Shown one piece after another: positions 45,455 to 55,203 of a stretch of 64,000 bases of DNA; positions within the stretch are counted from its first letter, which is position 1; each line of letters opens with the position of its first letter. The translations under genes were made by a program, and so were the position numbers. This DNA is from Eubacteriales bacterium. GTDB lineage: Bacteria > Bacillota > Clostridia > Oscillospirales > CAG-272. Below the pieces are notes generated by a model. The model was not told where the DNA came from. It saw nothing but the letters and a program-made list of their open reading frames with translations, and made no database searches. The stretch spans positions 32,214-96,213 of the forward strand of contig JAZRQH010000172.1 of NCBI GenBank assembly GCA_045649645.1, given 5' to 3'.

Positions 45455-45883
45455 TTACGCTGCTGCGTTCTCGAGAGCTTCAAACTCATCAGAGGTCATA
45501 TAACCCCAGGTGATAACGTCGCCGTCCTTGATCTTTGCGTTGCTTGCACGGCCGTTTGTACCGTATGCATCATCGCCGATCTTGAAGTCCCAGAACTTGT
45601 CGCCGTCGGTATAATCGTCAACGTCAAGGATAGTTGTGGGCTCGTCCATGTTGTCAAGGTTGATCACGATATCATCGTTTTCATCCATGAGGTTCTGTAC
45701 AGCCATAAGCACGGTGGGCTCGTCAGCATATACAGTAACTTCCTTAGAGTAATAGTCAGCGCCGTCAGCAACAAAGTTAACTGTAACGGTAACTGCATTA
45801 TCGGATGTCTGGGTGTTGCCACAGCCTGCAAATACACAAGCTACGAGCATGAGTGAAAGTACAAGTGAAATAATCTTTTTCAT
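45455..45883 (-). CDS. Small lipoprotein, DUF4430-like
   Basis: Lipobox LVACVFAGC. The C-terminal W-x-(F/Y)-x-(I/V)-x...G...DGDxIxWxY pattern (FWDFKIGDD...KIKDGDVITWGY) is as remembered for DUF4430. Confidence 0.65.
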   Translation of the reverse strand: MKKIISLVLSLMLVACVFAGCGNTQTSDNAVTVTVNFVADGADYYSKEVTVYADEPTVLMAVQNLMDENDDIVINLDNMDEPTTILDVDDYTDGDKFWDFKIGDDAYGTNGRASNAKIKDGDVITWGYMTSDEFEALENAAA

Positions 45884-45922
45884 GATTTTTCCTCCATTTA
45901 TTATATTGCGTTACGCAATTAT

Positions 45923-48307
45923 TTACTCTTGATTCGGATCGTTTGATTCCGGTGTCACGGTGGTATCTACAGGAGCCGCTGTAGTTGTCTCTTCTGTAGC
46001 CGGAGTCGTAGTCTGTGTATCCGTGACGACTGTACCGGATGTATCTGGTGTATTCTGTCCTGTGGTTGTATCAGTAGATGACGTTGTAGTTCCGGTCGTT
46101 ACCTTGTTCATCATAGAGCTGGATTCATCGCTCTTATGCTGATCACAATACTTGCCGGGCATATTTGCCTTGACAAAGTAACCTGTACGGGCACCGTCTG
46201 TACACTGCTTGGTGGCAAGCTTGCCTGACTTGGAACAGATAGAAGCCTTGACTACACCGTCAGCAAGCTTAAAGCTTTCGACAGATCCAGAATCGATCAG
46301 GGGCTTATGAAGCTTCGCCATAATATCATCCCATATTGCAAGGGACGGAGCTCTTGTCTCGGAGAATCCGTTAAGACTCATAGGCATCGCATAGCCAAAC
46401 CATACGCCGCCAATATAGTGGGGGGTATACCCCATAAACCATCTGTCGCAGTCGTCCGACGTCGTACCGGTCTTACCCGCAACGTTTACATATGCGTCAA
46501 CCTGCATCTTCGAACCGGTACCGTAGCTGATAACGCCCTGAAGTATCTTTGTCATTATGCTTGCATTCTGCTCGCTCATAACTATATTTGATACACCGGA
46601 GTTATCCACAATAACGTTACCGCTGCTGTCAAGTATCTTTATAACCGTACGGTTTCCTGTATAGACACCCTTGTTTGCGAATACCTGATACGCACTTGTC
46701 AGCTCTCTTACGGTAACACCGTAGTTCATACCGCCAAGGCCGAGAGCAGAAAGGTTGATATCGGTCAACACCTGACCTGATTTGGTTGTATATTCGCCTA
46801 TTACGCTCGTCATACCAAGCTTGTTATGAACAAAGTCGTAGGAGTTTTCAAGACCTAACTTCTGAAGTGTTCTGACAGAAACAGTATTTACGGACCTTGC
46901 AACCGCATCATATATGGGAGTAGGTCCCCTGTAGCCCGCAGGATAGTTCACAGGCCATTTACCCTTAACGGGAGCGTCATTGATCATTGTACAGTAGTTT
47001 ATAACACCGTACTCAAGCGCAGGACCGTAGACCGCAACCGGCTTGATGGATGAACCGGGAGAACGGGTCGTCTGTGTAGCGTAGTTAAGGATACGGCTGG
47101 AGGTCTTTTCTCCTCTGCCGCCGACCAAGCCAAGCACGTCACCTGTATGGGGATCGATCACCACCATAGAGGCTTCTGGCTGTACACCTTTATTGATAGT
47201 CGGGAAATTAGCCGCATTGGCAAAGTAATCTTCGAGAGTATCCTGTACAAACGGATTCATAACGGTATATATACGAAGACCGCCTGTATAGACCATCTGA
47301 CCGGCAACAGTTTCGGAAACACCTGCGTGCTCTACAAGAAGATCTATGGTATCTTCAATAACAGCATCTGTGTACCAGGATGTAGTAGCACTTGTGGCAG
47401 AATTACGAACGTTTTCGCTGATAACGAGTTCCGTATTAAGAGCCGTTTCGTACTCTTCGTCGGTCAGCTTACCCAGCTCATGCATTTTCCAAAGAACGTC
47501 ATCTCTTCTGTCCTTGTTGTTTTCAGGATTCACGTAAGGATCGTATTTATAAGGATATTTAGGTATTGCCGCAAGAGCTGCACACTCTGTAAGTGAAAGC
47601 TCAGAAACGTCCTTATCAAAGTAAGCGTTGGCAGCAGCCTGTATACCGTAGCAATGTTCAGAGAGATATATGGTGTTGAGATACAACTCAAGTATCTCCT
47701 GCTTGGTCATCGTCTTCTCAAGCTCAAGAGCAGACATTATCTCCTTGACCTTACGCTGGATGGTAACGTCATCATCACCGGTAACGTTCTTGATCAGCTG
47801 CTGTGTGATGGTAGATCCGCCGTAGCTGGACTTACCGATAGCAAAATAGAAGGTCGCGCCACCCGTACGCTTCCAGTCAACACCACTGTGTGTCCAGAAA
47901 CGCTCATCCTCGATAGAAATAAAAGCTTCTATAAGGTATGTGGGAATATTATTGTATGATACCCAGGTTCTGTTTTCGCTGGAGAAAAGCTGCTGATTTT
48001 CTATCTCAACAGGTGTACCGATACGGTTTGTACGGTCGGAATAATCCATATAGTACAAACGGGTGGTCATATCCTGATTTGTAGAAAGCATCTTGATCTC
48101 AGATACGTCTACTTCGATATAATTGTTGATATATACGCCGAACGCAACACCGATGATGGTGCCGGTAATAAGACCTATCAACAGCAGAGTCATTATTGTA
48201 TTGAGAATATAAGTAATTATCTTACCTATTACACGAAGAACGATTCCGCCGGAATGCTTGACTTCATTGCCCCAATCTGTTTTTTGCTTTGGATTCTTGT
48301 TAGCCAT
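45923..48307 (-). CDS. Class A penicillin-binding protein (glycosyltransferase GT51 + transpeptidase), Thr-rich C-terminal tail
   Basis: N-terminal TM helix, GT51 motifs (IEDERFWTHSGVD, GGSTITQQLIKN), transpeptidase motifs SxxK (SPGSSIKP) and KTGTT, and a tail of about 65 aa rich in T, S and D. Confidence 0.92.
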   Translation of the reverse strand: MANKNPKQKTDWGNEVKHSGGIVLRVIGKIITYILNTIMTLLLIGLITGTIIGVAFGVYINNYIEVDVSEIKMLSTNQDMTTRLYYMDYSDRTNRIGTPVEIENQQLFSSENRTWVSYNNIPTYLIEAFISIEDERFWTHSGVDWKRTGGATFYFAIGKSSYGGSTITQQLIKNVTGDDDVTIQRKVKEIMSALELEKTMTKQEILELYLNTIYLSEHCYGIQAAANAYFDKDVSELSLTECAALAAIPKYPYKYDPYVNPENNKDRRDDVLWKMHELGKLTDEEYETALNTELVISENVRNSATSATTSWYTDAVIEDTIDLLVEHAGVSETVAGQMVYTGGLRIYTVMNPFVQDTLEDYFANAANFPTINKGVQPEASMVVIDPHTGDVLGLVGGRGEKTSSRILNYATQTTRSPGSSIKPVAVYGPALEYGVINYCTMINDAPVKGKWPVNYPAGYRGPTPIYDAVARSVNTVSVRTLQKLGLENSYDFVHNKLGMTSVIGEYTTKSGQVLTDINLSALGLGGMNYGVTVRELTSAYQVFANKGVYTGNRTVIKILDSSGNVIVDNSGVSNIVMSEQNASIMTKILQGVISYGTGSKMQVDAYVNVAGKTGTTSDDCDRWFMGYTPHYIGGVWFGYAMPMSLNGFSETRAPSLAIWDDIMAKLHKPLIDSGSVESFKLADGVVKASICSKSGKLATKQCTDGARTGYFVKANMPGKYCDQHKSDESSSMMNKVTTGTTTSSTDTTTGQNTPDTSGTVVTDTQTTTPATEETTTAAPVDTTVTPESNDPNQE

Positions 48308-48399
48308 TAATTCCGATCACCTCTTTCTTTAATAACTTTTTCATTAAATTATATGATAACCTAATACTATGAACGGGATATGAACACAGCATAAATTCC

Positions 48400-51300
48400 C
48401 TATCTTAAAACTACATTTTCGCTGCCTAATATCTCAATAAGCTCGCGTACAACAAAATCTGACGGACATATTCCTCTGTCGCTGATCTTTGTATACTTAC
48501 CCGTTGATATATCATAGAATACTACTTTACAATCGCCTGAAAATATATCTACCATAGCAACGGAACGCTTAAAGGTATCGGCACCAACACTTGCAACTCT
48601 GAGGTATACGGTCTTTTCTTTCGAAGGAGATTCCTTGACCGAAGCTGTGTTTGTCAAGCGCTCAACGCTTTCGGCTACGATCTTTGGATATTCATCCTCT
48701 TTCTGAGATACCTTACCCCTGACCACCAAGGGTGTGTCAACGATAAACAATTCTCTTTGTGCAACGAACATTTCAGGGAATATTATCACCTCAAGCTCTG
48801 CGCTTTCATCCTCAACCGTAACAAACGCCATATCCTTACCGCTACGGGTTGTTTTTTTAACAACGTTGTTAACTACACCGCATACGGTCACCGGCTGATT
48901 GTCGGATGATTCGAGCATTATGTGCATAATTTCAGTACGGTCTATACCCGCAACAGTATCTTTATACTCGTCTATAAGGTGTCCAGAGAAGCAAAGTCCC
49001 GATACTTCCCTTTCAAGAGCAAGCTTTTCCTTGATTGTGAAATCGTCAAGCCTTGGATATTCCACAGTATCTGTACGCTCGGCGCTTCCGAAGAGGTCGA
49101 GCTGCCCTGTCATCATACTTCTTTGCTTTTCCAAACAGAGGTCAATTATTTTTTCATATACTGCAAGCAGAGAGCTGCGGTATACACCGAGAGAATCAAA
49201 GGCGCCTGATTTGATAAGCGATTCTACCTGACGCTTATTAATATCCTTATCTATCATTCGTTCTACGAAATCAGCAAAGGATCTGAATGGCTTTGAGCTT
49301 CGTTCTGCAATAAGTTCCTTAACAAATCCTATTCCAACGTTACGCAGTGCCAGCATTCCATATCTTATATTTCCATCCTCACTTACAGTAAAGTTAAGAC
49401 CGCTGGAATTGATATCGGGAGGCAGAAGCTTGATGCCAAGCTTTTTTGCATCATTTACGTACAGTGCTGTTTTAGCCATATCACCAAGAACCGAGGTAAG
49501 AAGAGACGCCATATAATATGCAGGATAATTTGCTTTAAGGTATGCGGTTCTGTAAGAAACAAAAGCATAACCGGCCGCATGTGCTTTTTTGAAGCCGTAG
49601 TCGGAGAAACCTGTCATATCCTCAAAAAGCTCTTCTGCATCATTTCTATCAGCACCCAGATCAACAGCGCCGCTTATAAAGTTGTCGCGCTCGGCAGATA
49701 TAACGTCAGCCTTTTTCTTGGATATAGCACGGCGGACGATATCAGCCTTGCCGTAGGTATATCCCGCTATGGCTCTGAATATCTCCATCACCTGCTCCTG
49801 ATAAACGATACATCCGTAGGTCTCGTCAAGAATAGGAGCGAGCGCAGGAAGTGTGTATCTGATCTTTGAAGGATCGGCAGAATTTTCTATATATTTGTCA
49901 ATGAATTTTGCAGGACCGGGTCTATAAAGCGCTATAGCACTCATTATATGCCTTATGGTAGAGGGTCTGTATCTACCCAGCATCTGCTTCATACCTGCTG
50001 ATTCAAGCTGGAACACGCCGTCTGTTTTTCCTGCCGATAAAAGTTCGTATGTCTTTTTGTCGTCAAGTGGTATCCTTGTAAGGTCAAAGGACTTGTCCTT
50101 TTCCTGTATCATCTTAACGGTATCGTCGATAACGGTAAGATAACGGATACCAAGAAAATCGAATTTAAGTAAGCCAAGCGACGCAATATCATTCATGTTG
50201 TACTGAGTCAGCACGTCCTCGCCGCTCACGGCAAGAGGCACGTACTCATATATAGGCTTATCACATATAACGACACCCGCAGCGTGAGTGGATATGTTTT
50301 TAGGCATACCCTCAACCTGACGTGAGAAATTCAGAAGCTTACGTACCGTCTCATTTTGGTCCATCATCTTCTTGATCTCAGGAAGCTGCATTACGTAATC
50401 AACGGTTATCTTCTTTTCTCTGGGGATCTTCTTCGCAACCTCGTCAACGTCAGAATAGGACATACCGAGAGCTCGTCCTACACTGCGTACAGCTGCTCTT
50501 GGAGCAAGAGTTCCGAAAGTTATTATCTGACACACTCTGTCAAAACCGTATTTATTCTTTACGTAATTGATAACGTCGGGACGCTTGGTATCCGAAAAAT
50601 CTATATCAAAGTCAGGCATGCTGACTCTTTCGGGATTGAGAAAAGCATCGAACAGAAGTCCGTATTCGAGAGAATCGACTTCTGTGATATTTATGAGGTA
50701 CGCAACAAGACTTCCCGCACCTGAGCCTCTTCCGGGAGAGGTGGGGATATCGTTGTTTCTTGCGTAGTTTACAAAATCGGCAACTATAAGGAAATATTCC
50801 GCATACCCCATAGAACATATTACGTTGAGCTCATATTTTATACGTTCGAGATATGCATCGCGTCCGATACGGTCAAATCTTATCTTACCATTCGAAACTT
50901 TATCTTCAAAGCCGTCGAGAGTAAGTTTTTTGAGATATTGCTCAGCAGTCAGGTTCTCGTCAAAAGAGATCCTGGGATATATATACTTTGAAAAATCAAA
51001 CTCAAAGTTGCATTTATCTGCAATCACCGCAGTATTGTCGATGGCATCGGGATATGCAGAAAAGAGCTGACGCATCTTAAATTCGTCTTTAAAATAATAT
51101 TCGTCAGATTCAAAGCCCAAAGGATTCTTCTCGGATACTACGTTATTGGTCTGCATACAGACCAGTACGTTCTGAAGCTCAGCATCCTTTTTCTTGATAT
51201 AGTGGACGTCGTTTGTTGCCACAAGAGGAATAGAATACTTCTTTGAAATATCTGCCAGCACAGGCGTTATCTGCTTTTCTTCGGCAAGCCCGTGATCCTG

Positions 51301-51822
51301 TATCTCGAGATAAAAATCATCACCGAAAAGCTCCTTCATTTCAAGAGCGTGATTGTATGCCTCGGTGATATTGTTTTTCAGGATCAACTGTGGGATCTTT
51401 CCTGCAAGACAGCCGGACAAACAGACCAGCCCCTTACAATGCTCGCGAAGCAGATCCATATCTATACGGGGCTTCTGATAAAAGCCGTCGGTATAGCTCT
51501 TTGATACCATATAAATGAGGTTTTTATAACCCGTCTGATCCTTGCACAGAAGAACAAGATGATAATATGGATTGCCTTCTCTCGGTGTACGGTCTGTCAT
51601 GCTCTCGGGTGCAAGGTAGACCTCACAGCCGATAATAGGCTTAACGCCCACCTGCTTGCAGGCGTTATAAAATTCAACGGCTCCGTACATAGCACCGTGG
51701 TCTGTAAGTGCAACAGCACTCATACCCATAGCCAAAGCATACGCAGGAATAGCCTTAATACGGCACGCGCCGTCAAGAAGGCTGTATTCACTGTGAAGAT
51801 GCAAATGTACAAAGCCGGACAT
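48400..51822 (-). CDS. dnaE: DNA polymerase III alpha subunit, DnaE type
   Basis: 1140 aa with the PHP N-terminus FVHLHLHSEYSLLDGA, PDFDIDF, a HhH region and an OB fold. Confidence 0.96.
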   Translation of the reverse strand: MSGFVHLHLHSEYSLLDGACRIKAIPAYALAMGMSAVALTDHGAMYGAVEFYNACKQVGVKPIIGCEVYLAPESMTDRTPREGNPYYHLVLLCKDQTGYKNLIYMVSKSYTDGFYQKPRIDMDLLREHCKGLVCLSGCLAGKIPQLILKNNITEAYNHALEMKELFGDDFYLEIQDHGLAEEKQITPVLADISKKYSIPLVATNDVHYIKKKDAELQNVLVCMQTNNVVSEKNPLGFESDEYYFKDEFKMRQLFSAYPDAIDNTAVIADKCNFEFDFSKYIYPRISFDENLTAEQYLKKLTLDGFEDKVSNGKIRFDRIGRDAYLERIKYELNVICSMGYAEYFLIVADFVNYARNNDIPTSPGRGSGAGSLVAYLINITEVDSLEYGLLFDAFLNPERVSMPDFDIDFSDTKRPDVINYVKNKYGFDRVCQIITFGTLAPRAAVRSVGRALGMSYSDVDEVAKKIPREKKITVDYVMQLPEIKKMMDQNETVRKLLNFSRQVEGMPKNISTHAAGVVICDKPIYEYVPLAVSGEDVLTQYNMNDIASLGLLKFDFLGIRYLTVIDDTVKMIQEKDKSFDLTRIPLDDKKTYELLSAGKTDGVFQLESAGMKQMLGRYRPSTIRHIMSAIALYRPGPAKFIDKYIENSADPSKIRYTLPALAPILDETYGCIVYQEQVMEIFRAIAGYTYGKADIVRRAISKKKADVISAERDNFISGAVDLGADRNDAEELFEDMTGFSDYGFKKAHAAGYAFVSYRTAYLKANYPAYYMASLLTSVLGDMAKTALYVNDAKKLGIKLLPPDINSSGLNFTVSEDGNIRYGMLALRNVGIGFVKELIAERSSKPFRSFADFVERMIDKDINKRQVESLIKSGAFDSLGVYRSSLLAVYEKIIDLCLEKQRSMMTGQLDLFGSAERTDTVEYPRLDDFTIKEKLALEREVSGLCFSGHLIDEYKDTVAGIDRTEIMHIMLESSDNQPVTVCGVVNNVVKKTTRSGKDMAFVTVEDESAELEVIIFPEMFVAQRELFIVDTPLVVRGKVSQKEDEYPKIVAESVERLTNTASVKESPSKEKTVYLRVASVGADTFKRSVAMVDIFSGDCKVVFYDISTGKYTKISDRGICPSDFVVRELIEILGSENVVLR

Positions 51823-51825
51823 ATA

Positions 51826-52677
51826 TTACTCCTTGTTTTCCGAAAATTCTACTATCTTTTTGAGTCTGTGGTTTAATCCCGATTTTGTTATTTTAGGCTC
51901 GTGCATATCTGCAAGATCGGAAAGAGACATATCGGGAAACGCAAGTCTCAGGCCTGCAGTTTCCTGCAAGGGCTTAGGCAACAGCTGTATTCTGTTGTCA
52001 TCCTGAAGCTTAAGTATAGCGTCCACGTGAGTTTTGGTGGCCGCTATAGATTTCTTGATGTTTGCGGTATCGCAGTTTTTGGCACGGTTAACGTCGTTAC
52101 GTATTTCCCTTTTGATCTTTTCATTCATCAGGGTAAATGCAGCATTCATAGCACCAATATAATTAAGGAAATCCTCAATACTCTCGCTTTCCTTGATATA
52201 TATAACGTTATCCTTGCCGCGAACAGTTGTTCTGAAGTTAAGATTCATTCCCTGCAGTCGCTCTACAAGCTCATCTCCGTTACGCTTGAAACAAAGCTCA
52301 AGCCTGTATGACGCATCAGGCGAATTGACACTGCCGCAAGCAATAAATATACCACGTATGTAGTGCGCCTGACACTTGTTACACTGCTTGTACTTATATC
52401 TGTCCTGAGCAAGAGCACCCAAGGTATCAAAATCACTTATTGTAAGCAGAAATCCACCCGAATGATATTCGATATCACACACACCGCCGTAGCATTCCAA
52501 AAGCAAGCGCTCCATCAACGTAGCGGCTTCCTCACATTCCGTGAAAAAAGTAATATCGCTGATACCGAACTTAGCTCCGTAAAACATCATTCCGTATAAC
52601 AGAGATTTTTTACAGCACAGCGATTTGGTATGCAACTCAGTAAGAGAAATTTTAGTCTGTAAAGAAAATGAAATCAT
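51826..52677 (-). CDS. whiA: DNA-binding protein WhiA (sporulation/cell-division regulator)
   Basis: FSLQTKISLTE N-terminus, degenerate LAGLIDADG-type repeats, and a C-terminal HTH (LSDLADMHEPKITKSGLNHRLKKI). ATGA overlap with the upstream gene. Confidence 0.9.
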   Translation of the reverse strand: MISFSLQTKISLTELHTKSLCCKKSLLYGMMFYGAKFGISDITFFTECEEAATLMERLLLECYGGVCDIEYHSGGFLLTISDFDTLGALAQDRYKYKQCNKCQAHYIRGIFIACGSVNSPDASYRLELCFKRNGDELVERLQGMNLNFRTTVRGKDNVIYIKESESIEDFLNYIGAMNAAFTLMNEKIKREIRNDVNRAKNCDTANIKKSIAATKTHVDAILKLQDDNRIQLLPKPLQETAGLRLAFPDMSLSDLADMHEPKITKSGLNHRLKKIVEFSENKE

Positions 52678-53048
52678 AGCTTATCACAATCACGGTTATA
52701 AAGCGTTACGTCATAACCGAGCTCAGAGAAATAGTCTTTTGCTCTTCTGGCAAAAGAAACCGATCTGTGCTTGCCGCCGGTACAGGCATATGCGAGGGTG
52801 AAGCTCTCCTTTTCAAGAGCAATGGCACGGTCGATAGCTATCCTTGCGGCATTTACGGAAGGAAGAAAGAACTCTTCTGCATCACTGTCGGAAAACACGT
52901 AATCGAACACCTCGTCGCAAAGCCCTGTCTTTTCTCTCAGTTCATCAACGTAATAAGGATTTTTAAAGCCTCTTACGTCATAGAGAATGTTGACATCTTC
53001 GCAAAAACCGTGCTTAAAACCAAAGGACATAACGGTAAGCTTAAACAA
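52674..53048 (-). CDS. RapZ/YvcJ C-terminal domain protein (N-terminal P-loop domain absent)
   Basis: 124 aa. VMSFGFKHG...DVRGFKNPYY...LREKTG...ACTGGKHRSV aligns by eye with the C-terminal half of YvcJ/RapZ (SFGFKYG, DVRFLPNPY, CTGGQHRSV). TTG start 8 nt after GAGGT, inside the murB 3' end. Confidence 0.8.
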   Translation of the reverse strand: MFKLTVMSFGFKHGFCEDVNILYDVRGFKNPYYVDELREKTGLCDEVFDYVFSDSDAEEFFLPSVNAARIAIDRAIALEKESFTLAYACTGGKHRSVSFARRAKDYFSELGYDVTLYNRDCDKL

Positions 53049-53964
53049 TATATCTTACCTCACATTCGATGTGTATGCCTTTGTTTTCGTATATCTTATC
53101 CTTGATTATTTGTATAAGTGTAAGTACGTCCTCAGCCGTAGCTCCTCCACGGTTGACTATAAAGCCGGCATGCTTTTCGGATACCTGTGCACCGCCTACA
53201 GAAAATCCCTTAAGGCCGGCTTCATCAATAAGGGCAGCGGTAAAGTAACCGGGATAACGCTTAAAAACGCTTCCTGCGCTGGGATATTCAAGAGGCTGCT
53301 TTTCCTTACGCGCGCGGATATGATCTTCCATCAGAGCAATTACGGTACTGGGATCGTCAGCTTTATTGAGCTTAAATGCCGCTCCAATAATGATCCTGTC
53401 GTTCTCCATATAGGAAGAATGACGGTAAGCAAATTCATGCTCCTGCGCCGAAAGTCTGCCTGTCTCTCCCGTCTTTGGATCATAATAGTCACTGTAAATG
53501 AGTACGTCGGATATCTGTCCCTCGTATGCGCCGGCATTCATATATACGGCACCGCCTATGCTTCCCGGAATACCGCAGGCAAAAGCATAGCCGTCATAAC
53601 CGTCCTTTACGGCACGTACGGAAACTGCGGTGAGCTGAACTCCCGCGTCACACTCAAGCACGTCACCGTTAAAGCTGAAGCTTTTCATCTTTGTGGTGAA
53701 AACAACGACGCCTCTGTAGCCCTCGTCAGCAAACAGCACGTTTGAGCCGTTACCGATAACGATATGCTTCAAAGAATTATCGTTCAGATACCGAAGAAGC
53801 TCACAAAAGCTTTCGCGATCATGAGGAAAAAGCGCAATATCGCAGGGTCCGCCGATACGGAAGGAGGTGTACTCCTTCATATCGGCATTTTCTGCTATGT
53901 CAACGCGTCCGTTGAATTTTGCTGTAATAAAATCGATCAATTGATCCTTCATTATATTCTCCAT
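53041..53964 (-). CDS. murB: UDP-N-acetylenolpyruvoylglucosamine reductase
   Basis: FAD-binding TSFRIGGP and GNGSN motifs, GIPGSIGGAVYMNAGAYEG, and SAGSVFK. Confidence 0.93.
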   Translation of the reverse strand: MENIMKDQLIDFITAKFNGRVDIAENADMKEYTSFRIGGPCDIALFPHDRESFCELLRYLNDNSLKHIVIGNGSNVLFADEGYRGVVVFTTKMKSFSFNGDVLECDAGVQLTAVSVRAVKDGYDGYAFACGIPGSIGGAVYMNAGAYEGQISDVLIYSDYYDPKTGETGRLSAQEHEFAYRHSSYMENDRIIIGAAFKLNKADDPSTVIALMEDHIRARKEKQPLEYPSAGSVFKRYPGYFTAALIDEAGLKGFSVGGAQVSEKHAGFIVNRGGATAEDVLTLIQIIKDKIYENKGIHIECEVRYIV

Positions 53965-55187
53965 TACACGGTAAAACGGTGGAATGTCTTCTTACCCTTC
54001 TTAACAATAAGTCCGTCACCCTCAAAATCGGATGCAGTATATTCCTTAGCAAAATCGGTAACCTTTTCGTCGCCGACGGTTACGCCGCCCTGCTGGATAA
54101 GACGTCTTGCCTCACCCTTGGAGGGACAGAGCTTGGAAACAAGAAGCATATCGATGATAGCGATCTTGCCGTCGGTGAAGTTATCGTCGGTAAGAACGGT
54201 CTTAGGCATATTTTCAATAGAACCGCCCGCAGAGAAAAGTGCTCTTGCTGCATCAAGGGCCTTGTTTGCCTCTTCTTCGTTATGAACGAGCTTGGTAAGT
54301 TCGTATGCAAGAACCTCCTTTGCAACGTTGAGCTGGCTACCCTCAAGACCTTCATACTTCTTGATCTCCTCAAGAGGAAGGAAGGTGAGCATCTTGAGAC
54401 ACTTGATAACGTCAGCGTCACCAACGTTTCTCCAGTACTGGAAGAAGTCATAGGGAGAGGTCTTCTCGGGATCAAGCCAGATAGCGCCCTTCTCGGTCTT
54501 ACCCATCTTCTTACCCTCGCTGTTGGTGAGAAGCTGGAAGGTCATACCGTACGCTTCCTTACCGAGCTTACGACGGATAAGCTCAACACCGCCGATGATG
54601 TTGGACCACTGGTCGTCGCCACCGAACTCGATAGCACAGCCGTAATCGTTGTAGAGCTTGTAGAAGTCATAGCTCTGCATGATCATATAGTTGAACTCAA
54701 GGAATGTAAGACCCTTTTCCATTCTTGCCTTGTAGCACTCAGCGGAGAGCATTCTGTTTACGCTGAAGTGAGCACCGATATCGCGGAGAAAATCAACGTA
54801 GTTAAGGTCAAGGAGCCAATCGCCGTTGTTTACAAAGAGAGCCTTATCGTCAGAGGTATCGATAAACTTAGCCATCTGCTTCTTGAAGCACTCGATGTTA
54901 TGAGCGATAGTCTCCTTTGTAAGCATCTTACGCATATCGGTCTTACCGGAGGGGTCTCCGATCATGCCCGTACCGCCACCAAAGAGAGCGATGGGTCTGT
55001 GGCCTGCGCGCTGCATATGTGCCATTATCTTCATCTGCATAAAATGTCCCACGTGGAGACTGTCTGCTGTGGGGTCAAAGCCTATATAGAATGTAACCTT
55101 TTCATTTTCAAGAAGCTTTGCAATAGCCTCCTCGTTTGTGGACTGAGCTAAGAGTCCTCTTTCCTTAAATTCCTGATAAACGTTCAT
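53964..55187 (-). CDS. tyrS: Tyrosine--tRNA ligase (with C-terminal S4 domain)
   Basis: [13 protein letters not shown] (the HIGH motif), KMGKT (the KMSKS motif) and an S4-like tail ([14 protein letters not shown]). Confidence 0.96.
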   Translation of the reverse strand: MNVYQEFKERGLLAQSTNEEAIAKLLENEKVTFYIGFDPTADSLHVGHFMQMKIMAHMQRAGHRPIALFGGGTGMIGDPSGKTDMRKMLTKETIAHNIECFKKQMAKFIDTSDDKALFVNNGDWLLDLNYVDFLRDIGAHFSVNRMLSAECYKARMEKGLTFLEFNYMIMQSYDFYKLYNDYGCAIEFGGDDQWSNIIGGVELIRRKLGKEAYGMTFQLLTNSEGKKMGKTEKGAIWLDPEKTSPYDFFQYWRNVGDADVIKCLKMLTFLPLEEIKKYEGLEGSQLNVAKEVLAYELTKLVHNEEEANKALDAARALFSAGGSIENMPKTVLTDDNFTDGKIAIIDMLLVSKLCPSKGEARRLIQQGGVTVGDEKVTDFAKEYTASDFEGDGLIVKKGKKTFHRFTV

Positions 55188-55203
55188 TGTTTTATATGTC
55201 CTT

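Noticed and set aside
53979-55151. 390-aa antisense ORF opposite tyrS
   Set aside because: tyrS has HIGH and KMSKS motifs on the minus strand. The antisense frame is a stop-free shadow with no start context.
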